A program made the position numbers and the translations under genes. A stretch of DNA of 63,865 nt, filler included, from Octopus bimaculoides (taxonomy: Eukaryota): NCBI RefSeq assembly GCF_001194135.2. It is 5 parts of 5 records of this genome, joined end to end, with 100 filler letters (N's around TTAATTAATTAA, not from the genome) between each part and the next. Parts side by side here need not be neighbours in the genome. Positions count along the whole stretch, not along the records: positions 1 to 21,986 come from NC_068990.1; positions 22,087 to 31,278 come from NC_068991.1; positions 31,379 to 58,234 come from NC_068987.1; 2 more parts are not named here. The stretch is one strand, 5' to 3'. The notes beneath the pieces are model-generated. The model had not been told where the DNA came from. It made no database searches and was given only the letters and a program-made list of their open reading frames with translations. This document shows positions 21,976 through 34,577 of this stretch, piece after piece. Numbering within the stretch: the first letter of the stretch is position 1; the number at the start of each line of letters is the position of its first letter.

Positions 21976-22086
21976 AACACACACACNNNNNNNNNNNNNN
22001 NNNNNNNNNNNNNNNNNNNNNNNNNNNNNNTTAATTAATTAANNNNNNNNNNNNNNNNNNNNNNNNNNNNNNNNNNNNNNNNNNNN

Positions 22087-22178
22087 AAGACACTTGCCCA
22101 AGTTGCCACGCAGTGGGACTGAACCCGGAACAATGTAGTTGGGAATCAAGTTTCTTACCACACAGCCATGCCTGCGTC
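22087..22178 (-). mobile_element. SINE family B head
   Basis: Reverse complement GCAGGCATGGCTGTGTGGTAAG...GGGTTCAGTCCCACTGCGTGGC. Confidence 0.85.
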
Positions 22179-22959
22179 TACCTGTTTTATTTTCAAACCT
22201 GCCAGATCTAACCTGTCACACTTACTCTACAATATTATTCTAAATATAAACAATCATGTCATTGAAATCTCAGTGTTTAAAGCAGTGTTTAAAGCATTAC
22301 ATTTAACAAAGGAATCTGAATGCTAAAAAGTTAAATAGATGTTGTTACCTTTAGCTAAATGTGTCCGGTCAGTTCACATCCAAGACGCATATGATCAAAG
22401 AGAATCTGGCCTTCGCTGTCTTGTCTGTCTAGAAATAGTTTATATTGTATTATGCGCTGAATCCTTCTTTGTTTTGATAGACAGTAGAGTGTGATTTGCT
22501 ATCTCTGCTATTTCTAGCAGATCAAGTGACCACCTACAGGACTCCTCACTCTATTCCTCTCTCTTTCTTATATATGTCCCTCCCTCTCTTCTTCACTCCT
22601 TCTCTCTCATTCTCTCTCTTTCTTTTCCCATCTTCCCATTCTCTCTTGGTTTAGAGTAGAATTGGAAAGCAAAACAAATCAACAAAAAAAAGAACAAAGA
22701 AAGAGAAAGAGATTTGCTGACATCTTGAACGAATCTTGAAAGCTATTTAAAGGCCGTATGCATTAAGTAAGGCTTCCTTTGCCGCTTTATAATATTCAAT
22801 ATTATATAGGATAAACTCGTTCGCAGTTGTACATCAGAATTACAGTAACAATTTAAAACCCATTTTTTGTATTTCTTGATTTTGCTTCTCTTTACTCTGT
22901 AAGTGTGTAGAGAATGGTAGCACCCATGTCCGTCGCAAGACTTTGTTGAAGGGTGAAAC

Positions 22960-23225
22960 TGATGCTACAATTGTTCCTCTTGAACTTTTGTAAGCCAACA
23001 TCTGCGGAGAAAGGTATGAGCAGAAAGCGATATCGAGAGAACCGACGATTTTGCAAAGGAACGGATAGGTATAGGGATTAATTAGTACAAAACCTGAAAT
23101 GTTGGGGGCAATACGGGCATGAAAAGAGAAGTGATGAGTTAATCGAGAGTGGGAGTGATATATCTAAGTCAGATACAGTAAGTTCCAAGGAGTAGAGGCC
23201 ATTATAGTAACTTCTAACGCAGAGG
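22960..23225 (-). mobile_element. Degenerate L2/Jockey-group LINE 3' fragment
   Basis: RLCVRSYYNGLYSLEL...DVGLQKFKRNNC resembles the SLxLFYRYYNGxCSxEL...WNxLP..F..LQxFK C-terminus of this LINE group (my recognition, not a search). Confidence 0.5.
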
Positions 23226-23229
23226 CGTG

Positions 23230-23500
23230 CTGTCTCTTCTCTCTGTCTTTTCTTCAATATCAAAATTGTCTCCGCTCCCCGGAACTAACTGGTGTCATGC
23301 CATCACTGTCCGATACACTCCCAACCTACACCTCTTTCTATTTCTAGTTACCCTTATTTTGTTCGACCGACCCTTTCCTTGCACTCATGATTATTCAAAG
23401 ACCTTACTTCCAGAACAGATTCCTTCAGGAATTTCCTCTCTGTACATGTCTTTTTTCCAAGGGTAAACCCGTGACAGCCTTGACAACACCACGCTCACCT
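23230..23500 (+). mobile_element. Degenerate L2/Jockey-group LINE 3' fragment, opposite orientation
   Basis: AVSSLCLFFN..SAPEL...SYPYFVRP...SKTLLPRTDSFRNFLSVHVF pieced across frameshifts. Confidence 0.5.
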
Positions 23501-24041
23501 GTCACCAAGATCATGTCAAGGTCATAGACTAAGCTCCGATCTTTCCTCTAGACTCAACAAATGAAAGGAAAAAATAAAACAAAGAACCAGATAGAGGAAA
23601 TCTCATTACTGCTTGGACACAAGATGAAATAATGTCGATGGTATAGTACATTAATTAAAAGATGCCAGAAGGTTCCGACGTGCAACAACAAAATAAAGAA
23701 TGACTTAATATCAATTCTCATGATTTTATAAAATATATTAAATTTAAACTGAAAATAACCATTGTGAAGGTCTTCATTGTCTAGAAATAAACAACTTCAG
23801 AAATAAATGTGAACCTATTTCAATAATGACAATTATATCTATTGTCTTGACATAATCATGCATCGAAATGATCGATTTGAATTTCAATCAAAACTGATCG
23901 AAACAGTAAATTAATTTCTTTTCCTTTTCGTTTTAATTAAAACCCATGAAATAACCTTTATTGTCATTATCACAATATTGCAATTGTTCTGAAAATTATT
24001 TACTCGAAGAGCGCAACAATGTCAAAGCAATTATTGTCTGC

Positions 24042-24117
<76 letters not shown>

Positions 24118-24192
24118 TCGTGTATGTCAGTGGTGTGTGAAAGTATTTATGTATAGGCATAAATGCCTACACCTAAAAAAAATCACACAGAA

Positions 24193-24261
<69 letters not shown>

Positions 24262-25829
24262 TCAATTCTCGGATTTATCCTTGCAATTAAAACACAGACT
24301 ATCTCTGTCTTTCTCGTGTTGTCTGAAACCGAAAAAATCGGATACCAAGTGAGATAACTTCATGAGACGAATATCAGCATATATACATTTTAAAGAAATA
24401 ATACAGTTAAGACCGGGTCTTGAATTTAAATCTAACTTGTTACAACAAAGGACATGATTCCGTGTTATTTGCAATTATTTGTGGATCACACTCTCATCAG
24501 TTAACAATACAGAAAATGATCATTATATATATATATATGTTGTTGTATTTCGGGATGGTCATTTTATTTTATTTTGGTCTCTTATATGTAAGTACATACA
24601 TACATTCTTCTAAGACGTGGCCGAATCACAACCCTCTACTTTTCATTAATACTTCATCTATTTACCGTATTTTCGTTGTGTATCAAAACACTATTTCTAT
24701 AAAAATCATGTCATTTAATCACCGATCACCTTCGTGATACTTTCGTTTCACAGATTCTACAACGATACGTTAAAATTTCATTAGCATGCCATATCTCACT
24801 TTCATGTTTTCAATCACTTCTTACAATTAACGTATACAGCCTAATTTTTGTATGCATCAATTGCTAATCTATTTAATTACTACGCATTTTAAACCGCTCC
24901 CATTCTTTGATTTACTTTCTCCAATCATTCATTAACTTCTGCTTGTAAACAGCCGTCATTTACTGTAAAAGTTCGAATATATCTATATGTATTTGAGACT
25001 TGTAGTAAGAGTACATTCAATGACACATTTCTTCTATCTGCTTGCTCGGTCTTTAAATTTTAGCTTTGTTGATGTTCATCTTTCGATCTACATCTTTACA
25101 TTGTCTATGCACACTTATAACATCGAGCTTGTATAAGATTATTTGTCTTTGCTTATCAAAACAATATGAAACAGCGGAAGCTATGGTAACATCTTTCACC
25201 GGTGAATTAAAGAGGATACAGAAATATCACTAGCAGTAAGGTGACGCCGAAAAGGGAATAGCAATAAGCAGTTGACGATATCTTTCATGGCGGCTTCGGA
25301 TGTTTATTTAGAATTGTGGGCTCGACAAAGCTGGCAACTGTATTTCACTTGACTGTGGCTTAAACAGTGAGATTCACTTCAAGGATATACAGTGCCCTAA
25401 ATGAAACCTAAAACAAATATATGACCCTTATTCCATCGTAAATAGGGTTGTTTTAAAAAAATCCTGTTTTAAACTGAAATACAAAAATACTTATCGAAGC
25501 ATGGAATATTTGAAAATAGTGGCGAGGAGCAATCGGCAGGGGTGGATGCAACGCCTCGTAGCATTTGTTCTGATTCTCTGTGGCCCGAGTTTCAATCCTG
25601 TACTGAGATCAAATTTGCCCTACATTCTTTCAATGTTGATTTTAAAAAGCACCACTGCGGTCTAGTGGATATTTTCCAATGACAAAAGCGCCTCTTTGGG
25701 GGGTCTAGATGCAACGCCTGCAACGACTCTGGTACCAAGCTGTGTCAGCTTAAGCTAGCAACTTTTCCTGTTGGTAAACAGTCTTTCTCAAAACAATATT
25801 GTTCAACATTTGCACCTACTTGTGAAGAT

Positions 25830-26819
25830 GTATGGTCAACACTGACCGATAGAGATCCTACAACAATGGCAAGATGATAGACTGGAGGAAATACAGAGTA
25901 TGATAGAACACTACAAAAATTGAGACCTTGGTTTTGAGTGATATTAGACTTGTAGGAATGAATCAAAATTTTTATGATACACGGCAATAAATCGTTTGAT
26001 CTGGGAAGAAAAGGAAAATGGGTGTAATGGAGTTCGTTGGATACGGAATAAAAAGGCTTTAAGAGCATTATCGGAATGGAAACCTTTAGCTAATGGAAGA
26101 ATTGCATTTAGTGAAATATAAAGTTAAATAATAAAACATTAATATTATTGTTTGTTACGAATTTATAAATTATGCAGCAGATGATCAGCAGCCGTCATGC
26201 TGTTCATTGTTGCGAGAGGATTTTCATAACGTACTGGCAAGAGATATGAAAATTGTAATTGAAGATCTTAGTGCGAATGTTGATAATATCAACAAAAGGA
26301 TGAAACAGACGAAGGATTTGCATCGTCTTTAAGAAGCTTATGAAAATGTTGTAAGATTAATTAACTTCCTCACAACCAACAAGATCACAATGTCACAATG
26401 AATATCCTTTAAACTTAAAAATATTCATAAATATGTTTGGACATCTCAGGTAAAAAGAAGGGAAATAAACACAGTTAAGATAATAGGATGTTAGATGTCA
26501 AAGCATATCGAAGTATAAATATCGAAAGTGCCACCTGTTAGTAATAGGGACGATTCAGTTAAAGTTGTTGAAGCATGATAAAATTTAAAGATGGATTTGT
26601 ATAAAACGTGAAAAATCGATTTGCAGAGTTTGAATCTATGAAAGAAAATGGCGCATGGAAGCATATCAAAATGTAGTCTGGGAAAAGGATAGGGTGGAGG
26701 AGGAGAAGAAGAAGAAGAAGAAGAAGAAGAAGAAGAAGAAGAAGAAGAAGAAGAAGAAGAAGAAGAAGAAGAAGAAGGAGAAGAAGAAGAAGAAGAAGAA
26801 GAAGAAGAAGAAGAAGAAG

Positions 26820-26851
<32 letters not shown>

Positions 26852-27530
26852 GAACAAGAACAAGAACAAGAACAAGAAGAACAAGAATAAGAAGAACAAG
26901 AACAAGAACAAGAACAAGAACAAGAACAAGAAATAGAAGAAGAAGAAGAAGAAGAAGAAGAAGAAGAAGAAGAAGAAGAAGAACAACAACAACAACAACA
27001 ACAACAACAAGAGGAGGAGTGTAGATGAAACATGAGAAATCATTGAAGCATGAAAGGAACAAAAACTGAATTGTTTAAAGCTGGAGAGGGAATATGACGG
27101 ACATTAAATTTGTAATAGTTAGATGTTGGAGTTTTAGTAGAGAGGTGAAAAGATGTTGAAAAAGAGATAGCAGAAAATGCTTGGAAGTGAAAAACTGATA
27201 AAGTAAAGAAATTATTCAACGTAGCAGACTAGAAAGGAATCACAAAAGCTTCTGAAATAATAAATCATATTACAAGCAAAGCAATAAGATCAAAAAGACA
27301 ATTTGTGTTTAACGTTGATGGGGAACCAATAATATCTGATAAAAACATGCAAGAAAGGAGGGAAAAGTCCGTTTTAATACGATCATGAACAAGGTATTTA
27401 ATGAGAGAAATTATCTGACAATTCTTGAACCTCACGAGGTGTTGGAAGTAACTTTACATGAAACATCTGTCAAAAGAAATTGCAAGAACAATTGAACAAT
27501 TAAAAGGTAAAACGAAGAAGCTCTTGGATT
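25830..27530 (+). mobile_element. Old RTE-clade LINE remnant (APE plus linker)
   Basis: EEKENGCNGV...NKKALRALSEWKPL...DMKIVIEDLSANV...ENVVRLINFLTTNKI...KNIHKYVWTS...LDVKAYRS (APE), then REVKR..KRD...DGEPIISDK...FNTIMN...KEIARTIEQLK; many stops. Confidence 0.75.
26706..27010. repeat. Compound (GAA)n/(CAA)n/(GAACAA)n microsatellite inside the RTE remnant
   Basis: Visible; flanked by GAGGAGGAG on both sides. Confidence 0.95.
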
Positions 27531-27738
27531 AGTTAAGAATCCACGAGAAATACCAAATACAGATAAACATATTACTGTAAGTGCATTGTTGAAGCATATT
27601 TGTAGCACGTGAAATATTGAACAGATATCTGAATATTAGAAAGATTTGTGTTGTGACTAGGATGCAAAACGGTAATAGATATAACGTATATATGTATACA
27701 TATGTATATATGTATATATATATATGTGTGTGTGTATG

Positions 27739-27769
<31 letters not shown>

Positions 27770-28314
27770 AGACACAACACACACACACATTATGTCACAT
27801 TTAAGTTAGCAGTAACTATCAATGAGCAATTTGATATATGCATGTGATTTCAAAAGTGAAAGTGACTATTACATAGCTCCTAACATCCCAAGTTATTGTA
27901 TCTCCCCTGCAAATCCCCTATGAAGATATCTTTCATGACATTTTTTGTAATTTAATTTCTCAATGAAACATAAGTAAACCCTTCGTACCTCCATCGACTT
28001 CTAATCTCTCTCTATATATATATATGTTAACCCGTCGTTACGTCAAGAGCATACAGCGTGACGACGAATCGAGCAATGCCATGCAGCTTGTCAGTGGCTT
28101 ACATGATAAACAGTTATTGAAACATCAGTTGTAAGTTAGGAAATTTTAATAAAATTCCATATTTACTTTATTTGTTACATTTAATGATCATTATTCTCCT
28201 TTCTCTTCGTTTAACTTCCATACTCTTAGCACACCGACAAGCTGGTGAGCTGTTGCACACTTTCATAGAATAAATATCATGCTTATTGTACTTCGCTTCT
28301 GTATTTGGTTTGTT

Positions 28315-28402
28315 AGATTCTTTACATGAACTCATGTATTGAAACAAATTTTGTTGTGTCTAGGGAGAGTCATTATGCCAATAATATTAACGCACGCACT
28401 TT
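28315..28402 (+). repeat. Partial second copy of the 11618 palindromic element
   Basis: TTGTTGTGTCTAGGGAGAGTCATTATGCCAAT matches the left arm; upstream flank also resembles 11585-11617. Confidence 0.7.
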
Positions 28403-29830
28403 TTCAATTCCATTCCTTTGCTGTTAGTCAATTGGCTAAATATGCAATTTACTAATCAATTGTTCGTTTAATTTGGTTAAACAGTAGGTCATAGTTAAGC
28501 TAAAATTGTACTATTTAGGTTCATACGCGTTTATCTTCTGTGTATACATATACATACACAGTCATGCATATATGAATGTATATGCATATACATGTGTGTG
28601 TTCGTGTGTATTTACCTGTGTTAAATTAAAGACAACACTGTGTTAGAGTTAATTTTTTTCTTCTTTCCTTTAGGTCTTTTCGTCTTTCGTAATTAATCCT
28701 CTATGTTAACTTTCGTGCAAGAACGTTACAAAACCATTAATCCATTAATATTACAGAAGCTTTGTGGGCTTCTGTACCACAATGAAATGTCGATAAAACA
28801 CGTTGTCCGCATAATTTGTAGTTGGATGCAAAATGTAATTTTATTAATTTTAAGACTAATGAAAATCACTTAAGTCCTAATAATAAAAGTGATACATTAT
28901 CAGTGAACTAATTTTGTTTATATTTTAATGTTGTTTGTATTTCGTTATAAGTAAAGGTTCGATAATTATTATTCTCATTTTAGTCGAATTCACTATGAAA
29001 ATGTAATTCTGCCAATTAATCGTTTTCCATCATGTCTTTTAAATCCCTGTACCAACTATATCACCAGCACCAGAAAGCTTGGAAATAGGACATTGAAGCG
29101 TAGATAGGTCTTTGCTTTCAGCGGAGCCAGAGAAATCTGGCAAAACTCCACTCCATGCTTGTAAGATGATGGGGAGAAATTAATTTTATCGATGGAGTGA
29201 ATGTAAACAGAGGGGAATATAAGGAGTATAGTCTAGAAGGGGACAATTCTGAAGAGCAAGAAGGAACTTATTGGGTTGTGTGTTTAGAAAAATCCTACCT
29301 GTTTAATTAAGGACCATCGTTCGGAACTTAACGACAACTCAGGTGTTCGAGATGCGATTAAAAATTAAAGTGATGTTCTGCAGACCGTCTTGTGACCGAG
29401 AAAAGATCGTTAGATTTCTTTGTACCTTAGAGAAATTCCTCGGTACTTCTCGATCGTTAATATTTGTGAATTATTGACATGGTGCCTTCGACGGTTGTCA
29501 AGATCGGTTAATAGTAGCAGTTAAAAAAAAAGAAAGACGCAAAAATGCTATCAAATACTCAGACGTTTTGGATAAAATCTTGAAAGCGTTTACAAGAACT
29601 CATGGTCTCTGTGTTAAGATAAAGCTTTGAATATACATTATTTCACATTACCTAACCACGTTCAATACTGTTTTCCTTGCTGGGAATACGACAAAGTAGG
29701 AAAAACATCGTAATGAGGACGCATATTAAATCAGCAACATGTGTCTGCATCTTGTCTTCTTGCCTTCTGGCAATGAGACTGTTTTTCCTTTAATGGAATG
29801 TCAGTATTGGGGAAGTCTTTGATTATCTTT

Positions 29831-29955
29831 TTATCTTTTACTTGTTTCAGTCATTAGACTGCAGCCATGCGGGAGCACCGCCTTGGTGAACCATAGTCGA
29901 ACGAATCGACCCCAGTGCTTAACTTTTATGTCTGGTACATATTTTATCGAGCTCA
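29831..29955 (-). mobile_element. SINE family B-related 3' fragment
   Basis: Reverse complement of ...CTGGGGTCGATTCGTTCGACT...CATGGCTGCAGTCTAATGACTGAAACAAGTAAAAG. Confidence 0.8.
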
Positions 29956-30075
29956 TTTGAGATTTGCAACAAAAGTCGGCAGACAATTATTACACCGCCT
30001 CTGGAAGCTGAAATAATTTTTAACACATCAAGAATTTATGTTCTATAGTATTTAATATTACACACAAACACATAC

Positions 30076-30142
<67 letters not shown>

Positions 30143-30174
30143 CAACATAACATAATGAAATATAATATGATACA

Positions 30175-30395
30175 ATTCTTTCTACTAAAAGCTCAATGAC
30201 TGAAATTTGGGGGTGAGGGGGTTAGTCGATTACATCGATCCCAGTGTTCCACTAGTACATTTTTTATTGACCCACGAAAGGATGAAATGAAAAAGTCGAC
30301 CCCCTGCGAAATTTGAACTCTGAACGTAGCGACAGGCGAAATACTGCTAAGCAGTTCGTCCAGCGTGCTAACGATTCTGCCAGCTCGCTGCCTTA
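30175..30395 (-). mobile_element. SINE family A, full length
   Basis: Colinear with the 11200 copy. Confidence 0.88.
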
Positions 30396-31378
30396 TTATA
30401 TAATGTGATGAAATATACACGATGAGCAGGTAGTTATTTATAGTAGCAAAGCATTTATAAATAAGTTATAGAAATATGTATACAAATGGAATTAAGCAGA
30501 AAGCAGGAAGATAGTCCATAAGAGTCCTTCATTAATAGATAAATTTCAAAAGATTTCATTAGCGAATATCATAAAGAAACTCTCTTCGCTATGATTTTCA
30601 ATTATGAAATCTCTGGATATCTACCTATTTATGAAAGACAACTATAGACTATCTTCTTGCTTAATTAGATTTATATACATATCTGTATATTTTATTTACA
30701 AATGCTCTAATGCCGGAAATAACTGCTTGTCTGCCATTTATTTTATGTATATCTTCATTAGCTTGACTGGTTTATTTCCTATAGCCTGCTCTTAGTTATT
30801 TGGATTACGTCTTCCATGATTTGACGTTGAATTTTAAGTATTCGATCTGTTCTGAATACTAATCTGCCTGTATGTATTCTCCAACCTTTGACCTATTCTA
30901 GAACTCACTATGATAAAATCAATGTAATGCATGGCTATTTCTATGATCCTGCGATGAGGTAGCATGAATTTACCTAAATTTTTCACCTCCAGGCGCTTAT
31001 ATGAACCAGAAGATAAATACAGAGATATGGACAAATTCATAACTATATGCTAAAAGAATAGGCATTACGTAATCACAAGTACTGGTGTGCGGCTATTTCC
31101 TGTATAAGGAAGTGAGCGACCAAAGGCAGATGATATGTGTCATAGCTTCATGAGAACCACAACACATCTTTCTATTTGTCTCTCGCTCCATGTATAATGT
31201 GTATGAGTATGTATATATATGTATGTGTGTGTGTATACAAACACACATATATAAATGGGTGTGTTTGTGTATGTGCACNNNNNNNNNNNNNNNNNNNNNN
31301 NNNNNNNNNNNNNNNNNNNNNNTTAATTAATTAANNNNNNNNNNNNNNNNNNNNNNNNNNNNNNNNNNNNNNNNNNNN

Positions 31379-31727
31379 TCGCAGGTGGGGCCCAGTTAGA
31401 ATTTTCTTCAGGTCGAGTAGCCCATCCCGCTCAAAAGTCCCTGAATAAGGTTCGTTTAAAGATGTTGAGCAAAACACCCATGTTTCCAAAGGTGAATTAT
31501 TCAAACCTCAAAGAATTCCTCTCAACATATGGCTATGATGCTCCCCCACTACTTCTGCTCATGATCAGAGATGCACATATCGTCAGCCACCAACGGACAT
31601 GCTCAACTGGTTACGGTCAAACAACTGACAAGCAAATCTGTGGTATTAAGCAGAATATTTGCTGTAGCCCATCTTTTTATACCAAGACAAAACAACGTAC
31701 ATGATAACACTTCCAGTCAATTAAGAT
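31379..31727 (-). mobile_element. Non-coding interspersed element (probable retroposon; family unassigned)
   Basis: Higher-complexity block abutting an (ATT)n run and a gap. I recall it as a common octopus repeat but cannot verify this. Confidence 0.45.
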
Positions 31728-31755
31728 TATTATTATTATTATTATTATTATTATT

Positions 31756-31857
31756 GAGTGAGAGAGCAGGGCATGCCATCAAAGTGACACTGGGGTAAAA
31801 TATACGAAGCCCAATATACCCATCATGACTACCCGTCTGATAAGGGTACACCAGGCA

Positions 31858-31860
<3 letters not shown>
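31756..31860 (-). mobile_element. 5'-truncated retroposon 3' end with (AAT)n tail, inserted in (AAT)n
   Basis: Minus strand ends ...CTCTCTCACTC-(AAT)n and is preceded by another (AAT)n run (31861-31927). Confidence 0.55.
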
Positions 31861-31927
<67 letters not shown>

Positions 31928-31997
31928 TATTGTCTTTTATACCATGTGCTGTAACCCATCTTTTATACCAAGTGCTGTAGTCCATCCTTTATACCTG

Positions 31998-32230
31998 TCC
32001 TCTGGCTACATCCTGATATTTCTTACTTTTTGTCAATTTCTTTGGTATCGACTCCGCTATCATAAGGAATTGCTCCATCTATGATCTTATACTGTTTATT
32101 TCGACCTCTACGATCACATCCGAGCTTCTTGTTTCAATATTATCGCCAGCATTTATAGAGAAATGCCGCATGATCATGCAATTTTCATTTCCTATCACAG
32201 CCTCTGGTAAAATTCACTCTACAGGCTTCA
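31998..32230 (-). mobile_element. Old R4/Dong-like RLE endonuclease fragment
   Basis: PEAVIGNENCMIMRHFSINAGDNIETRSSDVIVE...KKYQDVAR aligns by eye with PEGIVENDNAKILWDFMIQCDHEIENSKPDLVLIE...VERYDRLA in copy 2. Confidence 0.65.
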
Positions 32231-33424
32231 ACATAATTTCCTTCTAATGAAGTTTACTCACAGAACCTATAGAAAATAACATCCTCGAAGCCGGAGTTGA
32301 AACTTTCATCAAAATATTGTAAAGAGAATTCCGAAAATATTTGTTCTCACTATGCCACTATGTATGTGTGTTTGTTCGTTTGCATGCGTATGGATTTGTT
32401 TCCGTTTATGTTAATTTTGTGTTACAACTTGTTTTGTATCAAAAAGATATCTAAACCATTCGAGAAAATAGATCTAAACTGAAATAAGTACTGGAGATGT
32501 TATCAATTGTCATTGGTAAAAACCCTTTATTGCCTCTTCCCCAACATACTAGCAGGCAAATGTACAAAACCAGTAAAAGAATATCTCAAATATTTCATTA
32601 TAATCTGCCTCGAAAAGTATCTTCCACTCTTTCTTAACACTACGTCTATTAGTCATCGCTGAAATGGAATGCATTTCATCATAATTCATGCATCTCCCCG
32701 ATATGTAATCCATGCAGTAGCTGTTAGCATTTTTATCCGTTTCAGTCATATCGGTTTGCGAATCGTCATTCTCCCTCTCTTTCTCCTTTCTTCTCTCTGT
32801 CTTTGTCCGTCTGTCTGTCTGTCTGTCTCTCTCTCTGTCTGTCTGTCCGTCTGTCCGTCTGTCTGTCTGTCTGTCTCTCTGTCTATCTTTTTCTCTCTGT
32901 TTTTCTCTTTCTCTTTCTGAATATTTGCTTGAATCTCCTCACAATTCACTCTTCTATCTTCAACTAGGTTCAATCAATTCTTATTAGTTATACTAGATAT
33001 AATAGTATGCATGACTCAGTATTTCTGTCAGTACACGCTTGTATACTTCTTTTTTACATCCACCAAATTTCAGCAGCATGTGACAACTTCATTTATTATA
33101 TTTTTACGAAATATTCACATTGACTTTGGTGTCAATCCCATATGCATTATTTAAAGGAAGTGTATTGCAGAAATGATTGGCGGAAGAAATGCGTTCCGTT
33201 ATTTATTGATATTTCGTTATGTTATGAGTTCAAATCTGACATGATCGACTTTATATTTCGTCTCACGGATATGAGAAATAAAATGAACCAAACAAGTTTA
33301 GGAGTCTCTCTAATCAAATGTTCCACTACGCCAAAATGGGTTGTCTTATGGTTATGTAAAGAATAATTACTTAAGAACAGACCAAAACGAAATCATTTTT
33401 AACATTTTAACTTTCTATATATAT

Positions 33425-33798
33425 ATTCTTTTATTCTTTTACTTGTTACAGTCATTTGACTGCGGCCATGCTGGAGGACCACCTTGAAGGGAATTAGTCA
33501 AACAAATCACACCCAGTACTTATTCTTGAAGCCTAGTACTTATTCTATCAGTATATTTTGCCGGAGATGCAAACTCACCAACACGGGTTGTGAAGCGGAG
33601 ATGGGGGAGACAAACACAGGCGCGCGCACGCTCACACACATGCACATGCACACACACACACACACAGTTTCTGTCTACCAAATCTATTCTAAAGGCTATA
33701 GTAAAAGACACTTGCCCAAGACACCACGCAGTGAGACTGAACCTGGAACTATGTGGCTGAGAAGCAAACCGCTTATCACACAGCCATGCCTGTGCCTA
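33425..33798 (-). mobile_element. SINE family B, near full length
   Basis: Reverse complement colinear with 19097. Confidence 0.88.
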
Positions 33799-34019
33799 TT
33801 ATAACTATATAAATATAAAAAAATATACTTATGTGTTTATGTGTGTGTGCATGTGTGCCCATCCTTTTCTCTCCCCACTTCCTACTGCTGGCATTTGTTT
33901 GCTTACATCCTCGTAAATAAGCGGAAATTATTACTGGAATACGTTGCAGGGATGATTAGTTTGACTAAGCCTTTGAAGGTGATTTCCAGCATATCCTAGG
34001 ACAATGGCTAAAACAAATA

Positions 34020-34236
34020 TTGGCTTCAAATTTTGACACAAGGCCAGCAATTTCTGCGGAGGAGTCAAGTGGAACACATCTTTCCCCCATTCTTCAACTG
34101 GTACTTATTTCATCTACCCCAAGAGGATAAAAGATAAAATCGACCCCGGCAAAATTTGAACTCGAAACGTAAAGACGGATGAAATGTCGCTAAGCAGTTT
34201 GCCCGGCGTGCTAGCGATCCTGGCAGCTCTCCGCCT
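34020..34236 (-). mobile_element. SINE family A
   Basis: Reverse complement colinear with 11200. Confidence 0.85.
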
Positions 34237-34391
34237 GTACTAAAACAAGTATGAGAATGAAGATTAAAGAAATATCTCTTTAATGATTTAAACAGACAAT
34301 AAACCAAATGATCCACCCGACAAGAACGACCCCCAAACCAAATGGTAGCGGATTGAGGTTTTTAGCCACTTAACGGTGGAGATATCTAGTC

Positions 34392-34577
34392 TAGTGCTCC
34401 GCAACCGTTATGCCGCGGCACACTGGTGTGCTACGAGACGATGCTAGGTGTGCCGTAGTGTAACCTAAATATAATATTTTTCCCCTATACTTTTAGTTAT
34501 ATTTTTAGCTCAGATGTGCCGCCGAATTTTGAAAAGAATATAATTGTACAGCAACTGAAAAAGTTTGCGGAGCACTG
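34392..34577. mobile_element. hAT (Charlie-type) MITE with 8-bp TSD
   Basis: TIRs TAGTGCTCCGCAAC / GTTTGCGGAGCACTG; flanks ATCTAGTC (34384-91) and ATCTAGAC (34578-85), fitting the NTCTAGAN Charlie target consensus. Confidence 0.9.

Noticed and set aside
21987-22086. TTAATTAATTAA centred in N runs (22031-42; also 31323-34, 58279-90, 62630-41)
   Set aside because: 44 N + 12 nt + 44 N = a 100-bp synthetic contig spacer with stops in all six frames; an assembly artefact, not a biological motif.
26491-27062. Poly-S/L/K/F ORFs and the many YI/HT/CV/MYVC ORFs
   Set aside because: Translations of microsatellites, with no coding signal.
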